A DNA stretch of 64,000 bases, from contig CT868263.1 in assembly GCA_000165425.1 (NCBI GenBank), positions 248,001 to 312,000 on the forward strand. Direction: 5' to 3'. A model generated the notes under the pieces. The model had not been told where the DNA came from. It searched no databases and was given only the letters and a program-made list of their open reading frames with translations. How positions within the stretch are numbered: position 1 is the first letter of the stretch; each line of letters begins with the position of its first letter. Shown here piece by piece: positions 12,924-25,827 of this stretch. This DNA is from Paramecium tetraurelia (Eukaryota). Both the position numbers and the translations under genes were made by a program.

Positions 12924-15082
12924 ATGAAAGGTGAAGCTACTTAACCTAAAACTTAAACATAAGGATCTGCCATAAAGAACGACAAGCCTTTGAAATAAGT
13001 GAAATAACAAAGTCCGCTGAAACATTAAGTTGAACCGGAAGTTGTGTGGCCATTTTTTGCTCCCTAACCGGCACTGGTCAATTAAATGAGATTTTGGGAT
13101 CGAAAAAATTGCAAGAATGTTTATCCAAGCAAAGAGGATCTCAGATTTCAGGCCATAATGTTGAGAGTGGGAAAAAAGAAAAAGTCAACCAAGGGTTATT
13201 TTTTCAAATTAAGTAAAGATGGAACACTAAGTTATTACAAGAAGGTTTCACATTTAAATATAAATAAGGAATCTGATAAAGTGGCAAAAGGATATTTATA
13301 AATAACTATGGATTATGTGGCTCATCTGTTGGAACAAAAAACAAAAAAAGATTCGTTACTAGTTGTTTAAATCGAAAAGTATTAAGGACTCTCAATATCA
13401 ATATTTGATGGGAAAACTCAATTGACCCTGGAATTCTTCAATCATCTCAAAGATTATTGCATCGTGTCTGGAATGGATAAACTATATACATAGATGGAAC
13501 TTCTAGGGAAAGGATCATTTGCCTCAGTAAATAATCGGAGTGATTAATTCATAGGTGTATAAGGTAAAGAACCTATCCAATGAGTAAATGTATGCAGCCA
13601 AAACATACTTCAAGGAGACATTTGAATAATCTCAACATAGATCTAAATTTGTGGTACCATTTGTTCCTTATTAAAGCTGAGCTTATGATAAAAAACGAAA
13701 TCATGGTTTTGCGTAAAGTTATTCACCCTGGCATAATTCGATTGTACGATGTAATATAAGAGAAGGAGAAATTAATACTAATCATGGAATTAGTCTCAGA
13801 TGGCGATCTGTATAGTCTGATAAAGGAGAAGAAAAGGATTCCCGAAAAGCCTGCTGCAGTCATGTTAAAAGGTGTATGTGAAGCATTACACGAAATGCAT
13901 ATGTATAATATTAGAATAACTATTTAGAAATGAATTTGTACATAGAGATCTCAAATTAGAAAACATTATGATGAAATCAAGAGATCAATATATCATTAAA
14001 TTAGTTGACTTCGGATTTGCAGAACCCATCAATCATAAGGAATTAGTATCAAAAGCAGGAACTCCAGGTTATATTCCTCCTGAAATTTTCAAATTATTCC
14101 CTTATACTGACAAAGGAGATGTGTTCTCAGTTGGAGTCATCTTCTATTCAGTATAATCTCCTTTTTATCATAGTTAATATCAGGCATTTCATGTTTTAAG
14201 GGAAAGAATTATTAAGCAGTTTTAGAAGATAATAGAAAATGTGAAATCAGTTTTTAGAAATCAGTTTGGGATAATATCAGCAGTGAATGCAAGCATTTGT
14301 TGAAGAAAATGTTGGCCAGAAAGCCTGCTGATAGATATACTTGTGCTGATGTACTCAAAAATGAATGGATTCTTATGCATACTTCTCATGAGTATGAACA
14401 ATAAGCAGGTTCTATATATGAATTATAGTTTGTAGATTCAGAACTCGAAAGAAGGAACTCCTATTAAACTATGAAGAAGTCTCATTACAGTCATTATAAT
14501 TCAGTTGATGGATCATAACCTGATTTTAATAATGATTTTTCTTATCATACAAATGATCTAAAATCTTTTTACCATCGTAATAGTTAGAAAACTGTAAAAA
14601 CTCAGAGATCTATTTAATCAATCAAATCCAACAGTAAGATTTACAAACTTATACTTAGATGATAAGATGAAACAATCTATGAGAAATAAATCAGCTCATG
14701 CTAAATAATAACAATTTACAAACTTTAAGAGTCAAACCCTCAAACACAAAAATAAAAGTGCAATTCATTCGAATACTGGAGAAGGAGGTGGAGATTAAAA
14801 GAGTGTGAGATGGGTGGATAAGAAGAATAAGAGTGATGAACCATCCTTTGGAGATAAAAAAGAGAGTAAGAATTTAGTCATTCCTTAGATGATTCGGTTA
14901 AGACAACAATTTCACTTAAAATTTTTGAAGATTTCGAAGCTATTAACTAGACGAATGTAGCATTTTTGAAGATGTCTCCCATATTATTTAATTTACAGAA
15001 GAAACCAGATTCTGATGCTAAAATCAACGAAGCTATCAAAAAGAAAAAGTAATAAGCAACTCATTTAATGAGAGTAAAATGA
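12924..15082 (+). CDS. PH-like domain + CAMK-group Ser/Thr kinase (paralog of 52701..54833)
   Basis: LGKGSFASV, YAAK, HRDLKLEN, DFG, GTPGYIPPE; upstream KGYFFKLSKDGTLSYYK..KGYL PH-like strands; about six tiny introns. Confidence 0.93.
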
Positions 15083-15415
15083 TACAAATACATATAATCA
15101 TTATTCTGATAATTCGGATGCAATTATTCTTCGCACTTTGACATCTGCCATGCATCATTACTCCACATAACTGATATCTTAACATCTCTTAAGACTTCTA
15201 GGATTCATTCTTTGCTAATTTATATTATATTATATTTAATGATTATTCCATCTGATATTTGAGTTATTGATTATTCACTATTATTATATACCTGATCTTG
15301 AGTCAAGGGATATTAATTGTGATTTAAATCCAATCTTGCCATTTTCAATTGATGACGCGATTGAACTCAATCTTCTAAGATACTTGAACAATTGATCGAC
15401 TATACCAGAATTATA

Positions 15416-16173
15416 ATGGATTTTAATTGCATAGTACAGAATGAATGTGATATTAAAAATTATGAATAATAATCATTATTATCGACTCACCTTAACAGCA
15501 AACAAGAATCGACACAGAGTTAATCAACACAATTTTGCACCTATTAAAAAAGTATAATCAAACAAAAAGCCTTATATGTAAAATACCTCACTCTTTCCTG
15601 GTATGAGCAATATACAATATTCAATATTTCTTTAGAATCTTAGATCTTTGAATCCTAACACATTTTTGACCATAATTCAATCGATCTCAGACAATTTAAT
15701 GAGCATTCGGATTCAAGATAAAGGGTAAAAACTGAAATAGTAAGACCCAAATACCAATTACATATCGAAAGTCAGAAATTTGACTAGCCTACTGCATATT
15801 TTCCAAAATTAAAGGAAAGAGCACAGTCATACTAAAAAAAAAAACCCGAACAAGTAATTTCATAATCGAATAGATAGCCCTTGAGGTTGATGTAGCAGAT
15901 TCCCCAATTTTCATAAGAGATTTATAGAAATCACTCGATTATACTAGGACTCAACCAAATAAATATAGAAATTTGACTCCACTTCAAAAAAGAACAATCG
16001 AAGTATCAAAAATAATTAGTAAATCGGATCATTTAAATTAAGAGGAGATTATGCAGTTCTCTTTTGGACTACAGTACAATAGAATGAGCATTGAAAGATA
16101 AAAGTCCAAATTTCCTAAAGACATTTTTCTTGGCGATGTTAGAAAAGTCAAAAGAATTTTTTAGTAACAATGA
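15416..16173 (+). CDS. Hypothetical protein
   Basis: Code-6 frame MDFNCIVQNECDIKNYEQ... to TGA 16171-16173, needing one ~20-nt intron; no family recognised. Confidence 0.6.
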
Positions 16174-16615
16174 TTTCATATTATTCATTATATTGGAATA
16201 ATGTTCTTAACTTAAATATACCTAAATTAATCAGGATAAAATAGATTCTCTATCTTGTCAATTAAAGTGGTAAATTATTATTTGAATATGTAAATTATAT
16301 AATTTATTTTACAATCACTTTAGCATACTTTACATTTGATATCCTTTAAATAACAGAACTATCTTCTAAACAATTCCTCAAACAAAAAATATTAATTTGG
16401 TTTATAGAACAAATGTATTGAAGTTCCAATACAAATTTAGAAAGTAAACACAATCACTTATTGTAATTTATTTAATAGAATCAATATCTTATATCTTTTA
16501 TATTTTGAATATAGATAATATGTATAATTTAAGATATTAAAGTCTTTAATTAGTATTTTATAATATTTGAAATTATTATGAATACTCATTTTTAACTATA
16601 TTCAATGAATAGTAA

Positions 16616-17985
16616 TCACACTTCCAGACTCCATAGGATTATTTACTTAAGATAATATCTCTGGCATTTATGATTCTTCTTGTCTAATAAAGTTTTCATC
16701 AACTGATTTATTTCCTTTTCTTTGGTTTCCAATATTATCGTTTTATTCTTTTATTGAGAATACAAATAGTTTTCCATTTTAGACATTCCCCCATGAGTTT
16801 ATCATTTATGGATTATGCTAAGATTCTCCAAATTAACTAGTTCCCATTTTTTATAATTTCGGTTCTACTTTTTCACTAAAATATACTTTTCTATTTACCT
16901 TTTGAAATTTGGCGTTTGTTAAAAATACTTGGAACTTGCTTCCATTGGATTGGCAATAGAACTCAAACTCTTCATTGATTGCTTATTTTGCAATTTTTAA
17001 TTTTATGAAATCTAAATGTTTGCACTATCTAATTCAATATAAATTGTAAGTATATACACATTTTTTTTTATTCATCATTCTTTTCCAATTAATTTTGATG
17101 TTCTAAATTCTATTTAAAATATTGAACCTCTAAAACTATCACAAAGCAAAAACAAATCAAGTTTATGGGTGCAACGTAATTCTGGATTGCAAAAATGAAT
17201 CTAAAAGAGTTACATTCCTAATCCATCTTATTATAGGTTTTAGATAATGTATAAATATATTGGGCAATATGAATTATAAACAACACTGTTAGTAACATAC
17301 TATGATTATCAAATTCGATATATACTTTGCAAAGTTTCTAATTTCTTTTTATTATTTGTTCTAATTAAATAGAATTAGTGTAAATATCACATTGATAATT
17401 GTTGTCAATAGATTAGTTAAAAGCAAAGACAGCGATATCATTGAGTAATTATGTTGGCATTCATAATTATCCTCGTGAGACAATATCAAGGCTGCTATAA
17501 TACAAGATGTGAAACTATTCACGAATCTGTTCATAAACTCTAATGGAAAAATCTTGATTATCAATATCTCAATTTCCTATTTGTAAAATATAAAAAGAAT
17601 AGGTATATACCTTTTGTAATAGGATTAGCATAAAGGCTTTAACGTATAAATGAAGGGCAGGATCAGTCTCCTACATGCTTAGGTAGTAATTTAATGAATA
17701 AACCAAAAGAATAATAAACCCAAAAATATTTACAGTGTAGATGAGGAAATACTCCAATTTTGGGAATTCTTTTTCTAAACACACTAAAAAGGTTGCAGCA
17801 ATAAAATTAAAGGCAAAATTCATCAAAGTTAAATATTACGTAATTGTTATATAAAAAGAGTCATTACCTTATGTTCTTATCAAAGTATTAATAATTAATA
17901 GGATGAGAGTGTATTTGAAATGTAATCCAAAAATGTTCACCAACTTGATTTTTTCAATACGTTATTCTTCTTTTAAATTTATCAT
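16616..17985 (-). CDS. Hypothetical multipass membrane protein
   Basis: Code-6 frame MINLKEEQRIEKIKLV... with several hydrophobic segments and a polar tail; about four introns; 3' end approximate. Confidence 0.65.
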
Positions 17986-18137
17986 TTTAAATTAAATAAT
18001 ACTTTATTTAATGATTACAAAATATACAGCTTTAATTTAGAAATTTAAAATTAAATGATTTAGATGAAAAGAATTATCTTTCATCTTAAAGGTTTTTAGA
18101 TATCCTTAAATAGAAAAACTATAAATAATTAAATATT

Positions 18138-19376
18138 TCATAAGATGTCCTCTGAGGAAATGTTTACTTCACTTCTACACAAAGGACATTTATTATTGAC
18201 CTAGAGCCAAGATCTTATGCAAGGGGAATGAAATCTGTGAGTAGATGAACAAGGGAGTGTGACTATGTATTCTGAATCTTAAAATTGAGTCATACATATT
18301 GAACACTCTCTGTCTAATAAACACTTATTAATAGTAAATACCATCTACGTTATCTAAAGAACTGAATAAGGCTTCGTTTAAGGAGTCATCAATTTTTGTA
18401 TTTTAATTTCTCCTATTAAAGTGCTTATTGAACCAAATGCATAAACTGTAAATTAGAAGAATTGGCAAAAAAATAATTACTAACAACACGGTGATGTAAA
18501 TTTCTAAGTATTGATACACTCCAATAAAAATAACCTAAATAAATAGGATTTAGGTTTACTGAGAATATGTATCCTTTGTACATTGTGATAAATGTATAGG
18601 TTTGAATCTCATCGTTATTAGTTTGAGATTGGAAATAAAAGAGAATACTCCACAATTGGATTAATTAGAAAGCAATAAAACAGGTTTTTCCATGTAGATT
18701 TAAACACAAATTATTTTTCAATAGTTTTTTCTTTTTTATTAATGAATTGTACTTTTATTTCACTCCCAATTTAAGTTATTCTTCTTTAGTCATCCTGCTA
18801 ACCAGTTATTCCTTATCGTATAAGTATTTCTCGATTTTATGTTTTCAGTTGTTCTTCGATGTAGTTTTCCATTTATTGACCTGAAAAGTTGTTTGGAATA
18901 TAAAACTCTATCAAGTATCCCAAATCCTTAGCTGCTCTTTGAGATTACATTGAGTTATCAATGAGTAGTAGTAATTTAATGTAATAGATGAATCCAAAGA
19001 AACTATGTGAAACTATGATGAGGATGTACTTTTACGTGATAGGTACATCCATATTTCTAAGTAAGCGACATCAAAAAGATAGTTGTAATCTTTGAAGGGC
19101 TATTCGTCAGCGAATAATGTTAGTCTCAATATAATCTATTTTGTTAATGCTTAATATACGATAACAAATGCCGCTACAAATTTTAGTAGTGTGTATCCTG
19201 TTAGGAATTTGTGGTATTGTTAGAAATACTCTTTCCCTTAAACAAATAAGGTAGCAGGCTCTGAAATTTTTTTGTAATTGAGCAATTGAATGTTTCCGAC
19301 TTTGTTAAATGAATAAATTATTACAGTTCTATTGAATTTCATCATCACTTAGGCTATTGTTAACTTGGTTTTCCAT
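18138..19376 (-). CDS. Transmembrane RING-H2 E3 ubiquitin ligase
   Basis: C-terminal ECSICMTQF...VTLPCSSTHRFHSPCIRSWLQVNNKCPLCR preceded by TM segments; several tiny introns. Confidence 0.93.
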
Positions 19377-19480
19377 TTAGAAGTTGAAACTGAGTGTTAT
19401 AATTAGAATTATTAAATATTACTGCGTCAATTAATCATGATTTACTTATATAATACTTTATATGATTTCATTAATATAAT

Positions 19481-21166
19481 TCATAAATATATTTAGTATT
19501 GAATGCACACCAAAAGTTTAACCAAATATTCCTTGTGCTGTAATTCACTCTTCTACAAATCCTTCATCAATTAATCGCAACGCTAATTGCCATTTAATTA
19601 TTTCAACAAATCCAAGTTTTATTCTCTTTGATTATAAATTAATTTAATTTAATTGAAAAGTATCTCATTTTCAGTCTCTCCTTAATCACAATCAAATTGA
19701 ACTTCGTTATTGTCTAACTTCTGTAAGAACTCTTAAAATTTCTGATCTTCCAATAGTTCTTAGTCATAATTTTCAGAAATATCAATCTATAAATCATTTT
19801 TATTACAAACAATATATTTTAACAAATGAGAAAATGATCTTTCATGTTGTGATTCTTGTTATAAGAATTTCTTGAATTTCTCTATAAGATCATTATTTTG
19901 CTTGAGTTTAGTAGAATTATTATTTAAAAATATCTTTTCTCTCAATCTAAATAACATAGTTCCAATCTTTAATACATTTGTTCCATACTCTTCAAACTCC
20001 TCTTCAGAATTGACTTCAAAATTCATTATGAATTTAATCTATACACCAAAAATTTTATCAATCAAATCCATCATTTATGAAAATTCTGTGCTTAAATAGA
20101 TATCCTCCAAAACAACAATATGTCGATGATAGTTTTAAGTTAGCTTTTCCAGGTAATTCACAATCACTTAATTCGTATCTATTTATAAAATATTAGGGAA
20201 GTGGATCAAAACTTATCTATAGAAATTTTCATACTTAGGTAAATTAGAAGTTAAATTTAATTTCTTGATTTTTAATAACTCAACCTAATTGCTGATTTGA
20301 GGAATTTAACTCATCTAAGCTAAGAGTTTTACAGTAGGTTTAACCACAATCATTCCAAAACTATATGAAACATTGTAAACTGAACTATTTCTGATCATCT
20401 TCATAAATCTCAGTAATTCAGGTATGATAATGTTCTAATACAATAACAATTAAAGCAGAACTCTGAAGATCAGCTTTGTACATTTTTCTTGTCTGGGTTT
20501 AATCATTTAACAATAGGTCGAAAATAATTAATAAAAGTCAGACACGATGTTTATTATTTATTGTGTGGTTTACTCCAAATAATTAAACTCCAACTCTTAA
20601 CATTTTGCATGCAGATCCTTTATTGCTTGATAATCTTTTGATGTATTAAAATACGTTAGAAAATCCTATTGGTTTGTGATCCTATTTTTTAAACACATTA
20701 AATGAATTAAAATTAGGTTTTAGTCTGACCCTTCTTCAATTTGATTATAAACTTCCGTCCTTTCTAGTTTCTCCTAATCATATTTGAGTAACTCTCTTTC
20801 GAGTTCATAACAGTACTTTATTTCAATGCAATTATTATCCACTCTTAAAAAGTGGATTATTTCAGGGAATATTGAATTTGAGCAGTGCAAATTTATTAAA
20901 GATTTCCTTATTCTCTCTTTATAGTCATAGTTATCTCTGTCAAGTATCTTTTTGATTAGCTTTTATCCTTTCAATATAGGATCATCTCCTAGAATTTCAA
21001 CAGTGTTTCTATCAAAATAATTCTATGAATATGAATTATATAGATATTAAAGATCCTCCATGTCATCTAATATAGTTTAAGTCAAATCTTGGAGTTCTGC
21101 CTTTTTAGACAGTTCATACAACATTTGTCTTTTTGATTCGTACTTTGAATTTTTCCTCAAAATCAT
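19481..21166 (-). CDS. Hypothetical helical protein, ~561 aa
   Basis: ATG 21166 (MILRKNSKYESKRQMLYEL...) and TGA 19481 are in frame; both ends translate cleanly in code 6. Confidence 0.7.
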
Positions 21167-21264
21167 TTTATTTATTATTAAAGACATTATGTAAAATTAA
21201 AAGAAGGAAAAATATACCAAAATTAATGACCATTATCTTTGGTTTCTTTTAATCAACTAATAAA

Positions 21265-23166
21265 ATGTTTTCGCAGCTGAAGAACTCTAAATCTCATTCC
21301 AAAACCTAGATGCTATACAAATTATTAGAATAAACAGACTTGTATTAACTGACAAAAGACATCATGGATAATGATTTAAAGGAATTCTGGGAACTATGTT
21401 AAAATGCTAAAAATGAGCTTTAATATGATTTTCAAGAAAATCCCATTCATAAGGTGCAACTATTTTTATTCAAAATAGATGAAATACTAAACAATCCTTT
21501 CAACTTACTGATGAAGCAAAAGATTAAAAGTCTACTAATCGAATTGTTTGCATAAGGAACGTAAGTACCTTAAATTTTTGGTTTCATCCAATTCAAAGGG
21601 GACAAAGTGCTATTGAAGTGCAGTCTCACAATTGAATAGCATTTGAAAACTATGATTAAATCAGATTAAAAATGCCAACAAATTGATTGCTATTACAAAG
21701 AACTTTTAATGAACTCAGAAGAACTATTAATTTAAATCACCTTAAATTATTTATATGAAGCTATGATAGAAGCAAGCTCGTTACAATTGAATAATAATTA
21801 AGAATTAGATGAAATTTATAAAATAACAAGTAAGATTAATAAATAGAAGTTTTCCAAGAATGGACAAAAAATAATAGAATTGATTGAAAATATTAAGAAA
21901 AGAGTGAGTTCATCGCAAGATTAAATCACAGTGACACAACCTGTTGAACACAATAAAAAAAATCAATAAAAGGAACAATAAATAACAAATATAGTGAGCA
22001 CATAAGAAAATGGCAAATATTTTATATTCAAAATATTGTTATTGCTATTGTTAAAATAAGAAATTGCGTTACCAGATATAATCAAATTGTTTAAGATTAG
22101 CTATGTATGTAAATAATAAGATATGGAAGATAGGAAAGGTTTCATTAAGGTTTACATCTCTTAATAATTGATATTTTAAATTAGTTTGATGGTCAAAATT
22201 AAATAAGATGCAGAATTATTAAAAATAAATTCATCACTATCTTACTATGACGAATCAAGTATAAGGGCAGTGAAACAAGCAATCAAATAGTATTATCCAG
22301 AATATGAATTCATAAAATTCAATTAGGTGATCAAATCTTCATTAGAATTATTGCTAAAGAAATTTGATGAATATTAGGAGTAGATATGTGCTTCCATGGA
22401 AGATAGTAATGTAAAAATTGTATTGAAGAAGATCTACAAAACTTGTGGAAAGTATTTTTAAAAGATTGATGCTGGTATTCTAACATTTTAGAATGCTCAA
22501 CAAAAGTTTTTGAAGAATAATATGTTAGAAATAGGATATCTACTTTATTAAATACAACTTAAAATTGATAAAAAAAATAATAGTTAATCCATATTGACAT
22601 ATTATAAGTAGACCTTGCAAGAATAGGATAATGATTAGTAGATTAATTATTAAAGGTCAATTTATGAAAAATAATTAATCTAATATGGAATAATAAATCC
22701 TATATTTTTTAAATTCATTCAGAATTTGATAAAAAATTAGATTCCATTCCCATATATGTTTTAATTTCTAAAAATGGGATGCCATAGATTACTTATTCAT
22801 TATAGGATAGAATCCACTCGAAAATTGACATTAAAGAAAAAGTTCATTCAATTTGTTAAGCAAAATTATGACCTAACTATGACTGATGATAGATATATAA
22901 ATGTAGAATTGTTAAAGACAACCGACACTGAGAAATATGTGAGGAAGGAAGGTCTTGCTTGGCCTTTGCTGTTATACGAGCAATGTAAACTTATCTATGA
23001 GAACCGAGAAAGATTCAATAAGAAACTGCAATAGTTAGGAAATAATAAAGACTTTCAAGAGATTATTCAACAATATGTTGGATAATTTGAGTCAAACAGC
23101 ATAAAATTCAAATTATAGCAATATCTATTGGAATTGAATAATTATATAAAATAATTAAACAACTGA
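21265..23166 (+). CDS. Hypothetical helical protein, ~633 aa, apparently intronless
   Basis: MFSQLKNSKSHSKTQMLYKLL...; in frame with ORF-track fragment 22774..23034 and TGA 23164-23166. Confidence 0.75.
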
Positions 23167-23275
23167 TAATTACATTTAAATTAGTTTTAAGAAAACGACA
23201 ACATCGCATAAATGCTATAGTTTATTCAACATAAATTTTAAGTGATACTTATAAACTTATATAATAATATTTAAC

Positions 23276-23952
23276 TCACTCTTTTTTGTTACTATCTTCT
23301 TCTTCTGCTTTTTTATACATTTTATCCATAGCCATTAACACTTATTCATGATCCAAATAGGCATTTACATCAAGCACGATTGCTTATTTGTCTCTTACTT
23401 TGATATCATCCCAATTTAAGCAAGCCTTAGCTTCATTGAGTGCCTCTTGCTTATCACCTTGTTAACTACTTTGATCTTTTTCGATCTAGAATTTAATTAA
23501 TTTTCACATTCACTAAAAGAAGGAGAGGTTTAGTTTAAAACACTTCGAGAGTCATCAAACGATGTAACAATTATCTTGATTACCCCATGCTATCAAAATG
23601 TTTTGACCTCTAGGCTTTTGTTCCTTTAATGACTCTAACAACAAAGATGGTAACTTTAAATGGAATAAACTAATAAAACACATGCCAAAGTGTCATGAAC
23701 TAGAATAGATTTAGATTTACTTCAGGTGAAGCTGCCAGATCCCATAAAGCATACGTAGTTTATTCATATTTCATACATTCCATGTTATACCCTTCTGTTG
23801 GTTTATAAGGAGGATCCTTATATTCTTATTGAATAGGATTTTTTATTACTGTTTTGAAGCAATCCTTCATATAAGAATTTAGTTTTTCCGACATCTTATG
23901 CTCCAAGAAGTAATACATGAACATATTTATTTCCATCTAAAAGTGCCCCCAT
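23276..23952 (-). CDS. Divergent Arf/Arl-like small GTPase
   Basis: MG start, VLLLGAQDVGKT P-loop, PTEGYNME switch I, ALWDLAASPE, LWHVFY; three tiny introns. Confidence 0.85.
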
Positions 23953-24570
23953 GTTAATTAAAATACATTAAATTATTTGTATATAATGGATTTTTATATC
24001 AATTGAATACAATAAACAAATATAAACACTCTGAAAATTCATGCAGTATTTGATCCATCCTTCTTAAACAAACTAGTTTACAATTAATAATATTAGATGG
24101 ATCTATGATGCAGTTATATTTAAAGTTTATTTTAATATTTCACATTATTACACAATAATTACATAACTCCTGTTAATTATTTTAGTCTTAATCATATTAT
24201 CATTTTTTTTTTGAAGTCTAAATACTTTAATCTATGATTAATAAGTGTATTGAATTTTGGTGATTTAATTGATGACTAATTCTATGCAATAGTTAATAGA
24301 ATCAATCGTAACTATTATTTTATTAAAACTTTTTTCAATAATCAAAAATACTCAACTATAGTAAGAATATTCTATCTATCTATGTGAAATTAGGAAATCC
24401 ATTTGATATACTATTAAAGAATGTACTCTCAAGATCAAAGTTATTATAATTAATTACTATGTTTTTCTTATCAAAATTATACCTGTTCAAATTATTATCA
24501 ATTTTTTCTGTTTGGCTGGTTACTTTATTCTTACTTATTTTTCTAGATTAATAAATTAATTATATTTTTT

Positions 24571-25629
24571 ATGGATTTTGAAAAAATAGCTTAAGAAGTA
24601 TTTGAATACTAGAATTAATTGCGAATTGATCCTACTATTGCCATACCACCTTTAGAAGCAAGATTGAAATATTTCAAAGGCAATATCCTACATATGCCTG
24701 GTTAGAAACCACTTTAATACAAGGAAGGAGCGGCCTGTGTTTAAGAATGTATCGACTTTTTAAAAACTTAACCTCCGTTGCCTCCATTTCAATATGAGAA
24801 AGGATTGGAATTGTCATCCAGAGATCATGGAATTGATTTGGGTAATTGTGGATGTCAACTATTATCTTAGGTAAGAATGGCACAACTGGTCATACTGGCA
24901 CTGACGGATCCAATGTTTCAAAGAGAATTAGTCGATATGGATTGTGGAAACCTGGACCTGCTGGGTAGAATATTAGTTATGGCAAAGTAACAGGATAGGA
25001 AGGTAATTGACTGTGTAATTACTTAAGTCTTGTTGTAACTTATAGTTGACGATGGAAAACCTGATAGAGGACACAGACACAATGTCTTTGACAAGGATTA
25101 CAAATTAGTAGGTGTGTATGTCGGTGAACATATTAAATTCAAATACATTACTGTTATGGATTACTCCAAGAAGTTTGTGATGAAGGGTCAGAAAAAGTAA
25201 ACCAAATAGAAACAGGAGTAATAAGAAAATGAATTGATTGATGAAGTTGAAAAAGTCAACTTGGAAGATCAAGAACAAGAAGATACGGATTAAAACGCAT
25301 AAATCAAGGAAGGAAATGTCTAAGGTGATGATTGCATTGAAGTTGGTGCTGTAGAATAAACTGACTTTCAATAAGAACAATAGTTCTAGTAGAAAGAAGA
25401 GGATTAATTGGAGTAGTAAGAAGAATAATAGGAATAATAAGAATAATAAGATTAAGAAGAAACTAATAACGATAAAACAACCCAAAGCAAAGTGGTTAAA
25501 CCTGCTGGGTGTATCAAAATAGTTAAGAAAATAAAAAGTGTTACTCAGAATGGAGTCAAAATGAAATAGATTACATATGTTTTTAAAATGAAAGATGGAA
25601 CTGAATAATCATAAATTATATTAGAATGA
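24571..25629 (+). CDS. CAP/SCP domain protein with Q/E-rich tail
   Basis: NQLRIDP, RDHGIDLG, GHTGTDGS, RISRYG, QNISYG, IVDDGKPDRGHRHNVF: protist CAP-family motifs; two introns; no signal peptide seen. Confidence 0.9.
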
Positions 25630-25710
25630 TATTATTTATTAAATTAATTGCGAGAATTTTTAAATTTATTTAAATCTTCTTTATGCATTAATATTAAAAA
25701 TAAATAAAAA

Positions 25711-25779
25711 ATGAGAGAAAAGTGGCGAAAGAAGAGAATGCGAAGACTCAAGAGAAAGAGACGTAAGGCACGCAAGTGA
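25711..25779 (+). CDS. RPL41: Ribosomal protein eL41 (22 aa)
   Basis: MREKWRKKRMRRLKRKRRKARK-TGA, matching canonical MRAKWRKKRMRRLKRKRRK; A-rich context before ATG. Confidence 0.95.
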   Translation: MREKWRKKRMRRLKRKRRKARK

Positions 25780-25827
25780 TTTAAATTATTTGCACATAAT
25801 CTAGATATATATGTTTCATATCTCATT

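Noticed and set aside
15100..15210. Minus-strand TAA-TGA-TGC read as a possible Sec-Cys motif
   Set aside because: No resemblance to a selenoprotein family I know, no SECIS identified, and the frame is very short
18145..18600. Plus-strand frame with several in-frame TGA codons (possible selenoprotein or readthrough)
   Set aside because: It is the antisense of the RING-H2 ligase gene, which has a clean motif-rich model on the minus strand
25105..25485. 126-aa very hydrophobic ORF in the supplied track (also 7869..8072, 45829..46023, 50836..51057)
   Set aside because: Antisense shadows of Q/E/K/N-rich coding sequence on the plus strand
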